A stretch of DNA of 64,000 bases from an uncultured delta proteobacterium (GTDB lineage Bacteria > Desulfobacterota > Binatia > DP-6): positions 1,056,001 to 1,120,000 of the forward strand of contig CAWFFN010000007.1 in assembly GCA_963815115.1 (NCBI GenBank). Direction: 5' to 3'. Both the position numbers and the translations under genes were made by a program. Positions 49,981 to 61,673 of the stretch are shown here, in pieces. The notes beneath the pieces were generated by a model that saw nothing but the letters and a program-made list of their open reading frames with translations, did not search any database and was not told the origin of the DNA. The stretch's first letter is position 1. Every line of letters starts with the position of its first letter.

Positions 49981-50523
49981 TCAGGAGAGGGGAGCCTGCA
50001 GGACGGCGGGCGTCTCGCGGCGATCGATGCGCACCAACGCCGTGCGGGCGAGCGTTCGATGCCGGGCCCAGTCCGCAGCGGGGATATACTGGTCCCAGTC
50101 GATGCCGATCATCGCAGGTACGAATTGCACGTAGCGAATCCACCGCGCCAACCAGCGCAGGCTCGGTAAGGCGCTCTCGGCGTCCACTGCCGTCGCTTCT
50201 CCCATGCTCGGCGCGAGTGCCAGAAGCTGGTCGATGTCCTCGTCCGTCCAGACGAGCGCCGCACGAATCCTCGACTCGTCTCGGCTCTCGGGAAGGTTCC
50301 CGACGAGGACTTCGAGCCGCCCGACCACGCTGCAGAAGCGGAGCCGCTGGGCGCGGGTGGCCTGTCGTTGCCGCTCGGCCTCGGCGCTCGCGGCCGAGGC
50401 CAGCGTTTTCGTCAGGCGCACGTAGTTGACCGTCACGCCGACGAGCACCCCCGTGAGGAGGACGGATGCGATGGCCGCGAGCGCCTGCACCTCCAGGGCG
50501 TGGTCGTGAATCCAACCCAGCAT
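49981..50523 (-). CDS. Hypothetical single-TM membrane protein (cargo)
   Basis: GGAGG RBS; N-terminal TM helix followed by YVRLTK; first gene inside the tRNA-proximal end. Confidence 0.6.
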   Translation of the reverse strand: MLGWIHDHALEVQALAAIASVLLTGVLVGVTVNYVRLTKTLASAASAEAERQRQATRAQRLRFCSVVGRLEVLVGNLPESRDESRIRAALVWTDEDIDQLLALAPSMGEATAVDAESALPSLRWLARWIRYVQFVPAMIGIDWDQYIPAADWARHRTLARTALVRIDRRETPAVLQAPLS

Positions 50524-50582
50524 GCCGACCCTCCTGCGCGAACGACCGCAGCCTTAAACGGCACACTCCTCGCGCGCGAGAT

Positions 50583-50603
50583 CCGCTTGCAACCCGCTTG
50601 CAA
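50583..50603. repeat. Putative integrase arm-type sites, right end
   Basis: CCGCTTGCAA x2 (50583-50592, 50594-50603); same motif as 35694-35719. Confidence 0.65.
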
Positions 50604-50658
50604 GCGAACGCGTCAGAACTGGTCTCTGGCGGTCGCTACCAGTGCGAATCGGTCAGGT

Positions 50659-50684
50659 GAAGTGCCCGGATTTCCAGGCACTTC
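50659..50684 (-). terminator. Hairpin immediately 3' of tRNA-Arg
   Basis: Minus strand GAAGTGCCTGG-AAAT-CCGGGCACTTC, an 11-bp stem with one G-U pair; no U-tract. Confidence 0.55.
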
Positions 50685-50688
50685 CAAG

Positions 50689-50762
50689 TGCGCCCAGGGT
50701 GATTCGAACACCCGACCTTCTGATTCGTAGTCAGACGCTCTATCCAACTGAGCTATGGGCGC
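50689..50762 (-). tRNA. tRNA-Arg (ACG)
   Basis: GCGCCCATAGCTCAGTTGGATAGAGCGTCTGACTACGAATCAGAAGGTCGGGTGTTCGAATCACCCTGGGCGCA folds as a cloverleaf; no encoded CCA. Confidence 0.97.
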
Positions 50763-50782
50763 GGGAGAGCGAAGCCGCGTAC

Positions 50783-51379
50783 TTAGCAGCGGCCCCGAGG
50801 CCCTGCAAGGCGCGCGGCCGGACGCGCGCGCGCATCCGTTGCGCTTCGCGCGCCGCGCACCACGGCCCAGCGCTCGTGATCGCACCAGCGACCGCCGATC
50901 TTCAAGTAGCGCGGCGAGAATCCCTCGCGGCGAAAGCCGCAGCGCGCGGCGAGCGCCAGCGAGCGCCGGTTTTCCGGCTGTATGTTGGCCTCGATGCGAT
51001 GCAGCCCGAGCACCGCGAAGGCGTAGCGCCGCACGAGCCGGATCGCCTCCGTCATGTACCCGCGGCCGGTGGTGCCTGCGAAGGCGTAGTACCCGATGAA
51101 CGCGCTCTGCAGTCCGCCTCGCACGATCTCGTTCAGGTTGACGACGCCGACGATCGCCCCGTCCGCGCGCACACACACGAGCAGCCGCACGCAGCGCTGC
51201 GATCGTGCTCCGCGCACGAACGCAGCGAAACTGCGCGCATCTCCGGGTGGAAAGGCCCAGGGCCGGTGCAGCCGCCGGCTCCGGCGTACCAGGGCGAGGA
51301 AGTCGTCGCGATCCGCCGCCGCCGGCCGGCGCAGCATCACGCGGTGCCCGACCACGAGCGGCCGTACCCGTCCGATCAC
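50783..51379 (-). CDS. GNAT N-acetyltransferase (RimJ/RimL type)
   Basis: QSAFIGY...GRGYMTEAI...LGLHRIEANIQPENRRSLAL...GFRREG...WCDHERWA. Confidence 0.9.
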   Translation of the reverse strand: MIGRVRPLVVGHRVMLRRPAAADRDDFLALVRRSRRLHRPWAFPPGDARSFAAFVRGARSQRCVRLLVCVRADGAIVGVVNLNEIVRGGLQSAFIGYYAFAGTTGRGYMTEAIRLVRRYAFAVLGLHRIEANIQPENRRSLALAARCGFRREGFSPRYLKIGGRWCDHERWAVVRGARSATDARARPAARLAGPRGRC

Positions 51380-52128
51380 GGCTCGAGCCCGAGCAACGCC
51401 CGCGTCTCGGCGCTTCGCGGCTGCCCGAGCACCTCCTCGGCGGAGCCGCTCTCCGTCACGCGGCCGTCGACCAGCACGATGGCGCGCCCGGCGACGCGCC
51501 GGGCGAAGGCGATCTCGTGCGTCACCACCACCATGGTCTGTCCGGCGGCGGCGAGGTCGGCGATCACCGCGAGCACCTCACCGGTGAGGCGCGGATCGAG
51601 CGCCGAGGTGGGCTCGTCGAGCAGCAGCGCCGCCGGCTCCATGGCGAGCGCGCGCGCGATCGCCACCCGCTGCTGCTGCCCGCCCGAGAGCTGGTGCGGG
51701 AACGATCCCGCCTGGGCCGCCAACCCGACGCGGGCGAGGAGCGCCTCCGCCCGCTCGTGCGCGGCAGCGCGTGACAGCCCCTGGACGCGTCGCGGTGCCT
51801 CGGCCACGTTGTCGAGCGCGTCGAGGTGCGGGAACAGGTGGAAGCTCTGGAACACCATGCCGATCCGCCGCCGCACGGCGCGCAGCACCGCCGCATCCCG
51901 GCGCTCGCACATGCCCGGCAGGAGCCGCTGCCCCGCGACCACGACCTCGCCGGCCGCGAAGGGCGTCAGATAGTTGAGCGCGCGGAGCAGCGTCGTCTTG
52001 CCGCTGCCGGAGGGACCGACCACCGCCAGCACCTCGCCACGCGACACCTCGAGATCGACGCCGCGCAGGATCTCCGCCCCGCCGAGGCGCGTGCGCAGCC
52101 CGCGGACCTGCAGCACGGCGTCGTTCAC
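51376..52128 (-). CDS. Polar amino acid ABC transporter ATP-binding protein
   Basis: GPSGSGKTT, IGMVFQSFHLFPHL, LSGGQQQRVAIARALAM, LLDEPTSALDP; GTG start inferred. Confidence 0.95.
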   Translation of the reverse strand: MNDAVLQVRGLRTRLGGAEILRGVDLEVSRGEVLAVVGPSGSGKTTLLRALNYLTPFAAGEVVVAGQRLLPGMCERRDAAVLRAVRRRIGMVFQSFHLFPHLDALDNVAEAPRRVQGLSRAAAHERAEALLARVGLAAQAGSFPHQLSGGQQQRVAIARALAMEPAALLLDEPTSALDPRLTGEVLAVIADLAAAGQTMVVVTHEIAFARRVAGRAIVLVDGRVTESGSAEEVLGQPRSAETRALLGLEP

Positions 52129-53591
52129 GCCGGGACCGGCACCAGACGGCGCTCCAGGCGCCGCGCCAGGCGCGCCAGCGGGTAGCTGAGCGCGAGGTAG
52201 AGCGCGGCGCACAACAAGCCGGGGACGAGCCAGCTCTGCACGTACACCGCGGTGATCGTCATCTGCTTCGTGAGCTCGACGACGGTGATCACCGACACGA
52301 GCGAGGTGTCTTTCAGCAAGGCGATGAAGTCGTTGGCGATCCCGGGCAGCGCCACGCGCAGCGCCTGCGGGAGCACGATACGTCCCAGCGCCTGACCACG
52401 CGACATCCCCAGCGCGAGCGCGGCTTCCGTCTGGCCCGCCGGCACGGCCTCGAGCCCGGCGCGATACAGCTCGGCCTCGTACGCCGCGTAGTTGAGGCCG
52501 AGCCCGACCACCGCGGCGGTGAAGGCATCGAGCGCGATCAGCGGGGCGAGCCCGTAGTAGAGGACGTAGAGCTGGAGGAGCACCGGAGTGCCGCGGAAGA
52601 GCTCGACGTATGCGCCTGCCGCCATCCGGAGCGCTCCGCCGCCGTAGCGCCGCATGAGGCTCAGCGCGAGGCCGCCCGCCACCGCCAGCCCCATCGAGAG
52701 CACCGAGATCACCACCGTGACGCCGGCCGCACGCAGGAACAGCTCCAGCTCGGCCGGCGTGAGCGAGCCGCCGGCTGCCGGCGTCGCAGGTGACGCCGTG
52801 CTCGCGAGCCCCGCCTGGCGAGCGTCCCAGAGGTGCCAGCGCTCGAGGATGCCGCGGAGCTCGCCGTCGCGCTCCATGGCGCCGAGCGCGTCGTCGACGG
52901 CGTGCAGCAGAGCCGGCTCCGCGGGGCTGACGCCGATGGCGTAGACACCCTCCCCCACCACGCCGGCGTCGCGCAGCGCCGGTCGCACCAGGCCGTAGCG
53001 GTCGGCGATGATGTTGTCGAGCACCACGCCGTCCAGGCGGCCCTCCTCGAGGTCGAGGTAGGGCTCCTGGGTGCCCTCGTAGAGCACGACGTCGAGGCCG
53101 GGCACGGCGGCGACGAAGTCGTGCGACAGCGACCCGCCGAGCGTACCCACCCGGTGCCCCCGGAGGTCGGAGAGCGCGTGGACCGCTCGCTCGTCACGTC
53201 GCACGACCAGCGTCGCAGCGAAGGCATAGTACGGCCGGGTGAACGCCACGCGCCGTCGTCTCGGCGCCGTCACCTCGAGGCCGTTCAGCACCAGGTCGAT
53301 GTCGCCCCGCTCCAGCGCCGGGATCAGGAGCTGCCAGTCGTTCTGCACGAACACCGCGCGCACGCCGAGCCGGCGAGCCAGCGCATCCGCGATCTCGACC
53401 TCGAACCCGACGATGCGGCCGGAGGCGCTGGGGTCCTGGAACACGTACGGTTCGCCGCCCTGCAGGTCGCCGCCCCAGCGCAACGTCCCGCTCGTCCGCA
53501 CGCGACCGAGGCCGTCGTCGCCGGCCCGAGCCGGCGCCTCGCGAGCGGCCGGCGTCCCGACCAGCAGGACGACCAGCGTCATGGCGGGCAT
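52125..53591 (-). CDS. Amino acid ABC transporter substrate-binding protein / permease fusion
   Basis: SBP_bac_3 region (GFEVEIA...FTRPYY) fused to a permease (YVELFRGTPVLLQL, AAYEAE, GQTEAALALG, LKDTSL). Confidence 0.93.
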   Translation of the reverse strand: MPAMTLVVLLVGTPAAREAPARAGDDGLGRVRTSGTLRWGGDLQGGEPYVFQDPSASGRIVGFEVEIADALARRLGVRAVFVQNDWQLLIPALERGDIDLVLNGLEVTAPRRRRVAFTRPYYAFAATLVVRRDERAVHALSDLRGHRVGTLGGSLSHDFVAAVPGLDVVLYEGTQEPYLDLEEGRLDGVVLDNIIADRYGLVRPALRDAGVVGEGVYAIGVSPAEPALLHAVDDALGAMERDGELRGILERWHLWDARQAGLASTASPATPAAGGSLTPAELELFLRAAGVTVVISVLSMGLAVAGGLALSLMRRYGGGALRMAAGAYVELFRGTPVLLQLYVLYYGLAPLIALDAFTAAVVGLGLNYAAYEAELYRAGLEAVPAGQTEAALALGMSRGQALGRIVLPQALRVALPGIANDFIALLKDTSLVSVITVVELTKQMTITAVYVQSWLVPGLLCAALYLALSYPLARLARRLERRLVPVPA

Positions 53592-53706
53592 CGCGCGCAG
53601 AGGCCGCCGGTCTAGCGAAGCATCCGGGCGACGGCAAGGAAACCGCCCGCGCGGCCGCGCTCCACCATGAGACTGCCGCCCCGCGGTGTGCTATGGGCGG
53701 CGGGCC

Positions 53707-54615
53707 ATGCGCGCCGCCGCCGCCGCCGCCATCGCCCTCACCCTCGCTCTGGGCGCCCTCTCGCCGCCCGCGCGAGCAGGCAACGCCAGCGGCGCCGCGG
53801 CACCGTACGAGGACCTCGTCGAGGTGCTCGCCACGCTCACCTGGCACCTGCACGACGACCTGTACCGCTTCCCGGCTCCGAAGGACCCGACCGGCCACGA
53901 CCTCTATCGCCTCTCCCTCACCCGACTCGAGAGCTGGGAGAAGCGCTTCCCGGGCCGCATGCGCGACGTCACCGCCTACGGGCGAGGCGAGGCTCTCGAG
54001 CGTCTCGGCGAGTACAAGCGCGCCCAGGAGGCGTACGGACAGGTCGCAGCGATGCCGGAGTCGCCGCTCGCCCCGAAGGCCAAGGCAGCCGCAGCCAAGA
54101 TGGAGCCCCTCGCGGATGCGGCCGCCCTGCCCGAGACCGGAGACGGCGTCGAGCAGCAGCTCGCCGCGCTCCGCAAGAAGCTGGACGCCTGGGGCGCACT
54201 CGTCACGCGCTGCGAGGGCAATCCCTGCGAATCCCTGGCGCGGATGGAAGAGGAGCGCCTCGAGCGTGCGACCGCCGGGCTGGTGGTCGATCACCGCCGT
54301 GATCTCGAGCACGGGGACGCAACGGCGGAGCAGGCGCTGCGCTTCCTCATCCAGAAGCACTCCGACTCGAAGAACCTGGCCCTCCACGTGCTCAGGCTCG
54401 GCGATCTCTACGCCGACCTCGCCCGCGAGTACCTTGCCGCCCACGACCGACCCCTCGTCTTCGACGAGGACGAGTTCGTGCAGCGCGCCGACCGCGCGCT
54501 CGAGACCTACCACAAGGTGGCCAGCTGGGACGGTGCCAAGGAAAAGCCCGAGGGCCAGGCGCGCTTCGCCGCCATCGAATCGTGGAAGAGCGCCACGCTG
54601 GCGCGCTACCGCTGA
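53707..54615 (+). CDS. Secreted TPR-like helical protein
   Basis: Signal peptide; YGRGEALERLGEYKRAQEAY; LRLGDLY. Confidence 0.65.
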   Translation: MRAAAAAAIALTLALGALSPPARAGNASGAAAPYEDLVEVLATLTWHLHDDLYRFPAPKDPTGHDLYRLSLTRLESWEKRFPGRMRDVTAYGRGEALERLGEYKRAQEAYGQVAAMPESPLAPKAKAAAAKMEPLADAAALPETGDGVEQQLAALRKKLDAWGALVTRCEGNPCESLARMEEERLERATAGLVVDHRRDLEHGDATAEQALRFLIQKHSDSKNLALHVLRLGDLYADLAREYLAAHDRPLVFDEDEFVQRADRALETYHKVASWDGAKEKPEGQARFAAIESWKSATLARYR

Positions 54616-56723
54616 TGCGGGCTGCGCTTCTCGTCGTGGCGCTGCTCGGGCTCGGGCCCGCAGCCGGCCAGGGAGCCGACCTCCTCGGCGAGGCGGCGCG
54701 CGCCGACGCGGCCCTGGAGGAGCGGGTCCATGCCGCCCTCACCCGCGCGCTCGACGGCGACCAGCGTGGCGCCGTGCGCGACATGGAAGCGCTCGACCGG
54801 GACCGTGACGCGCTCGGGCAGCCGCCGGCCGGCCTCACCGACGATTTCCGCCTGCTCGCGGCCGGGCTCGAGCCCACGCGAGACGCTCGTCGCCTGGCGC
54901 TCGAGGACACGCTCGACGCGCACCCAGATGCGGTGGTCGAGCGGCTCGCCCGACATGCGCTCGATTCCGAGGACGATGGGGGCGCCGCCGATCAGCTTCT
55001 CGCCGACGACCGGCACAACCGGCGTGCGAACGTCGTCAACGAGGCCATCCGCCCGCTGGGCGTGTTCTCCGGTGCCGTGTTCCTGGCCGCCTTGAATCCC
55101 TTCCTGATCGCCGGCAGCGCGGTCGACAGCGTCGCCACCACCGCCGTGAATCTCTGGAACTACAACCGGCTGTCGCCGCGCGAGCGCGAGGCGCTGGTGC
55201 GCTACCGCACGCTGATCGAGCGCGACGGTCGCACCGACGAAGCCCCCGAGATCGTCCACGAGGTGCAGGCGCTCGGCGCGAAGCGCGCCGCGGCGCTGTG
55301 CGACGACACGATCGCCAGCGTGAAGGCGGCACTCGACTCGGACGACCTCGACGCCGCCCGCTTCTATCTCGGCAGCGCCCAGCGCCTGCCGAAATGTGGC
55401 GAGCGAACCAGCAAGCTGCAGCAGAAGCTCGCCGAGGCGCTGGCCAAGCGCGCCGCGGCGGACGAGGCGGCGCTCTGGCCCGCGGACCAGCCGATCCTTC
55501 CTGCGGGCAGCCTCGAAGCCCTCGACTACGAGACGCTCGCCCGAGCCACCGTCCTGGGAGAGCCCGACGGCATGATGGCGGCGGCGCAGCGCTTCGCGCG
55601 CAGCCATTCCGACAGCGCCCTGTCGCCCGGCGCCCGGCTGGTGGTCTCGGCGGCCAGGGACCTGGCCGGACATCGTGCCGAGGCGCGCAGCGCCCTGGAG
55701 GACCTGTCCGGCGACGATTCCAACGCCGGTCAGGTCGCGCGCGGCATCCTCGAAGGACCCGAGTTCGGTCAGCTCGACGCGCTCCACGCCGCCGAACGCC
55801 ACCATACGCGACAGGTCGCGCGCTACGTCCTCCTCGGCGGCTTCGATGGCCGCAACGCGCTGTACACCGCCGCCCAGTTCGGCGCGCAGGGCGCTCAGGC
55901 AGCGCAGTCGTTCGGCATCTTCAACGTCATCGGCGTCGCCACGCGTGCCTGGCGCGCGTGGCGGCACGATCCGGTATCGAACCAGGAGATCATCGACCGG
56001 GGTGAGGAGATCCTCGCGCGCGAGCCCGACGGACCCGACGCAGTCGAGGCGCATGCCAAGCTCGCCGACGCCTACGAGCGCGCCGGCAACTACGAGCGCG
56101 CCCTGATGCACTACCGTGCCACGCCCGACCCGAGCCCGAAGCGGCTCGCCAAGCTCCAGGGCAAGCTCGCGGACCACCTGCTCGACGACGCGCAGCACTC
56201 GCCGGCCCAATCCCTCATGCTCGCCGCCATCGCGCGTGACTTCCCGGGCACCGATGCGGCGGAGAAGGCCCGGAAGCGGCTGAAGGACGACCCGCCGGCC
56301 GAGGGAATCCGTCTCGACCGCGATCTCCTGCGCGCCAACCCGGGCCTGCTCGGTCCCGCGGCGCTCGACCTGAACCCCGTGCTCCTCGACAACGACCCTC
56401 GCAACGGCGAGCTCGCCGACGCGGGGGTGACGCTGGCCAACGGCGAGCTGCGCATGACCCTGCGCTCCGACGGGACCCCGGCAGAGCGCGTCGAGAAGAA
56501 GGCGCTCACCCCCGATCAGTACGTTCGCGCGCGGGCTGCCGCCGAGGAGGTGCTGTACACGACACTCCTCACCAAGCAGGATCGCCCGCCAGATACTGGT
56601 CGGTTCGAGCGCTACATCCCCGTCTACATCGCTGGTTCGATCAGTGACAGCGGAGCCGTGTCAGTTGCGCCGGGGATCAAGACACGTCCCTATCGGTCGG
56701 AAGACAGGGCGCTCTACGAGTGA
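54615..56723 (+). CDS. Large secreted TPR-like hypothetical protein
   Basis: TGATG-coupled to the upstream gene; signal peptide; LADAYERAGNYERALMHY; FPGTDAAEKA. Confidence 0.7.
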   Translation: MRAALLVVALLGLGPAAGQGADLLGEAARADAALEERVHAALTRALDGDQRGAVRDMEALDRDRDALGQPPAGLTDDFRLLAAGLEPTRDARRLALEDTLDAHPDAVVERLARHALDSEDDGGAADQLLADDRHNRRANVVNEAIRPLGVFSGAVFLAALNPFLIAGSAVDSVATTAVNLWNYNRLSPREREALVRYRTLIERDGRTDEAPEIVHEVQALGAKRAAALCDDTIASVKAALDSDDLDAARFYLGSAQRLPKCGERTSKLQQKLAEALAKRAAADEAALWPADQPILPAGSLEALDYETLARATVLGEPDGMMAAAQRFARSHSDSALSPGARLVVSAARDLAGHRAEARSALEDLSGDDSNAGQVARGILEGPEFGQLDALHAAERHHTRQVARYVLLGGFDGRNALYTAAQFGAQGAQAAQSFGIFNVIGVATRAWRAWRHDPVSNQEIIDRGEEILAREPDGPDAVEAHAKLADAYERAGNYERALMHYRATPDPSPKRLAKLQGKLADHLLDDAQHSPAQSLMLAAIARDFPGTDAAEKARKRLKDDPPAEGIRLDRDLLRANPGLLGPAALDLNPVLLDNDPRNGELADAGVTLANGELRMTLRSDGTPAERVEKKALTPDQYVRARAAAEEVLYTTLLTKQDRPPDTGRFERYIPVYIAGSISDSGAVSVAPGIKTRPYRSEDRALYE

Positions 56724-56892
56724 CGTCGCCGCGCCACCGTTCAGGCGACCGTCCATCCTCGAACGTTTCGATCTGCAAATGACTCGCACCTCGTGCGCGT
56801 CCAGCCGCGGTCCTATTGAGCGTGTGATGGGACTGCGTCAGGGCACTCCCTCCATCCGAAGCGCCGTTGCCGTCCCGCCATGCCGGGCATGA

Positions 56893-57240
56893 TTGCAGGA
56901 TTCCCCTACCCTCGCCGCAACGAACACGTGGGGTCCGCGACGGCACGTTCCCTGCATAGTGCAGGCTTCCATGGCACGCTCGAGAGCGCTGGGGAAGACG
57001 ATGCAGGAAACTGGCGGAGTTTGGGGGGACCCTCAGTCTGCCAAGGTGCAAATCGGCGACGAATTCCTTGAGCTCGTGCCCGAGAAGGCGCACGAGATCA
57101 CGGTGCTTCGCGGATGGCTGAGACAAGTGAACGGGCCGAACTACCCGCAGCCATTCCTCGACGAGGGGCCGCCAGGTTGCTTCCGACTCTACGTCGGTGA
57201 CGCAGCCGAGCGGATCCGCACGGCTCGCGGCATTCAGTGA
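56893..57240 (+). CDS. Hypothetical protein or gene fragment abutting the tRNA-Ser 3' end
   Basis: Lower-GC ORF whose stop lies 2 bp from the tRNA discriminator; start unclear. Confidence 0.3.
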   Translation: MQDSPTLAATNTWGPRRHVPCIVQASMARSRALGKTMQETGGVWGDPQSAKVQIGDEFLELVPEKAHEITVLRGWLRQVNGPNYPQPFLDEGPPGCFRLYVGDAAERIRTARGIQ

Positions 57241-57242
57241 AG

Positions 57243-57331
<89 letters not shown>

Positions 57332-57397
57332 CCGAGCCGAGAGGCGGCATCTAGCACGTCAGCGGCGGACCGCCAACGGTTCCCGCCCCGAGCCGCG

Positions 57398-57940
57398 CTA
57401 GCGATATGGCTCCTGGTAGGTCTGGGTTGTGGTGTTTCCGTACGGCGCAGTGGCGTAGTTTCCGTAGGTGCCCGCCGCGGTCGTGGGTTGTTGCGCGGGT
57501 TGTTGTTGATAGACACCGATCGCGACATTGTCGAAGATGACCGACTCGTCCCGACCTGGTCGCTCCGGAAGGGGCTGATCGGCGTAGTCGCTGCCGAAGA
57601 ACTCGATCGGCTTCGAGCCATCCATGTGGGCGTTGGTCAGGAAGAACGTGCCCCCCAGCGCCGGAACCCAGATCGAATAGGCCGTACGGGCGTCGCCGCC
57701 GCTGAGCGCTCCCGCGATGCCTCCGGCCGGCATGGCGACCGCAGCGATCGCCACCTTGAGCGGGACGTAGAAGATGTTGGTCGCGGTGGCCAGGACGGAG
57801 AAGAGGACCTCGTCCGCCTGCGTCGACGGGTGATTCGGCTCCCCGAGAGGCTCCGCCAGCACCTGGGCCGGGGCCGCGAGGGCCAAGCCGAACGCGATGC
57901 CCGCGAGCGGCAACCGGGACCATGGTCGTACGATGCCCAT
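57398..57940 (-). CDS. Hypothetical secreted/membrane protein with Q/T/Y-rich tail
   Basis: GGAGG RBS, signal peptide, hydrophobic core NIFYVPLKVAIAAVAMPAGGIAG. Confidence 0.65.
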   Translation of the reverse strand: MGIVRPWSRLPLAGIAFGLALAAPAQVLAEPLGEPNHPSTQADEVLFSVLATATNIFYVPLKVAIAAVAMPAGGIAGALSGGDARTAYSIWVPALGGTFFLTNAHMDGSKPIEFFGSDYADQPLPERPGRDESVIFDNVAIGVYQQQPAQQPTTAAGTYGNYATAPYGNTTTQTYQEPYR

Positions 57941-58023
57941 CGCCTTGTCCTCCCGGGAACGTCCGCTACGGCGCGGCGTCCTTCAGAGGAGTGCCACGAC
58001 CGCTCGAGTCTGGCAAACGACCC

Positions 58024-58557
58024 TCAGAGCCGTTCCAGCGCCTGGGAGTACGTCTCCAGGTCGGGGGTGCTGAAGAGGACGAAACGCACCGTGTCGAGAC
58101 GGCCGGGAACCTCCTCCAGGAAGACGGCGACCGTTCCGAGCGCGATCCGTGCCGCCCCGGCGATCGGAAAGCGGTACGCACCGGTCGAGATCGACGGAAA
58201 GGCGATCGAACGGAGACCGTTCTGGGCGGCGATCTCGAGGCTGCGCCGATAGGCCTTTCGTAGCAGATCGGGCTCGCCGTGCCGCCCGTCCCGATAGACC
58301 GGCCCGACGGCATGGATGACGTGCCGTGCCGGCAGGCGGCCCCCACCCGTCAGCCGGGCGTCGCCCGTCGGGCAGCCGCCGAGACGACGGCACTCCTCGA
58401 GGATCGCCGGACCGCCTGCCCTGTGGATCGCGCCGTCCACCCCTCCTCCGCCGAGCAGGGTGGTGTTGGCGGCGTTCACGATGGCGTCGGTCGCCTGGCG
58501 GATGATGTCGCCCTGCACGAGCTCGATCGATGCCCCGGCGACCGTCCTGCTGGTCAC
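58024..58557 (-). CDS. Macro domain O-acetyl-ADP-ribose deacetylase (YmdB-like)
   Basis: GDI...DAIVNAANTTLLGGGGVDGAIHRAGG...VIHAVGPVY...SIAFPSISTGAYRFP. Confidence 0.95.
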   Translation of the reverse strand: MTSRTVAGASIELVQGDIIRQATDAIVNAANTTLLGGGGVDGAIHRAGGPAILEECRRLGGCPTGDARLTGGGRLPARHVIHAVGPVYRDGRHGEPDLLRKAYRRSLEIAAQNGLRSIAFPSISTGAYRFPIAGAARIALGTVAVFLEEVPGRLDTVRFVLFSTPDLETYSQALERL

Positions 58558-58639
58558 CCGCCCGTGGTAGCAGCCTCCGACCGGCAGCGAAATCGGCGGG
58601 TCGTTTGCACGGTCCGGAGGCGGGGACTAGGTAGCTGGC

Positions 58640-59014
58640 GTGGCCCCGGTCGAGCTTCGCGCGGTCGTATTCGTCACCGATCGAGCCGGGCCCGCCCTCC
58701 GCCGGCGCGAACGCTGCCTCGGCCTGGCCGGCATCGCCTGCACGCTCGAGTCGGAGCGTCGGCCGTCGGGCATCTACTACAAGCTCTGCGTGGCGGATGC
58801 GGACGCAGTCGCAGCCCATCTGGCGCTCGCCATGGGCGGCTGCGAGCGACCCACTCGCCTGCGCGAACCCGTCACTCCGCCTCTCACCGACGCTCTCGGC
58901 GACGTGGCGGGGATGCTGCGGGACGAGGCCGTCATCGCGGCCGGTCGTCTGATCGACGCCGTCCGGGCGGCTGCGCCGCGACTGCTGGCCAGCCTGCGCG
59001 ACGCACGCGACTGA
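58640..59014 (+). CDS. Hypothetical protein
   Basis: Fills the gap upstream of clpB with plausible codon usage; no recognised motif. Confidence 0.45.
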   Translation: MAPVELRAVVFVTDRAGPALRRRERCLGLAGIACTLESERRPSGIYYKLCVADADAVAAHLALAMGGCERPTRLREPVTPPLTDALGDVAGMLRDEAVIAAGRLIDAVRAAAPRLLASLRDARD

Positions 59015-59057
59015 CCCGATTGACGTCGGGCCCGAACGGACGCAGGTTTGGGCCCCG

Positions 59058-61669
<2,612 letters not shown>

Positions 61670-61673
<4 letters not shown>

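Larger units (their letters stand above)
35589..50730. mobile_element. Integrated phage-satellite (PICI-like) element at tRNA-Arg(ACG), ~15.1 kb
   Basis: Flanking att repeats, tyrosine integrase, xis/alpA, primase-helicase, SSB-like, TerS-like genes and cos-like site; no recognisable capsid, portal, TerL or tail genes. Confidence 0.85.

Noticed and set aside
35589-50730. Element as a complete prophage or conjugative element
   Set aside because: No recognisable capsid, portal, TerL, tail, lysis, relaxase or T4SS genes.
59015-59057. CIRCE/HrcA or other heat-shock operator upstream of clpB
   Set aside because: Only a TTGACG hexamer is visible; no TTAGCACTC-N9-GAGTGCTAA inverted repeat.
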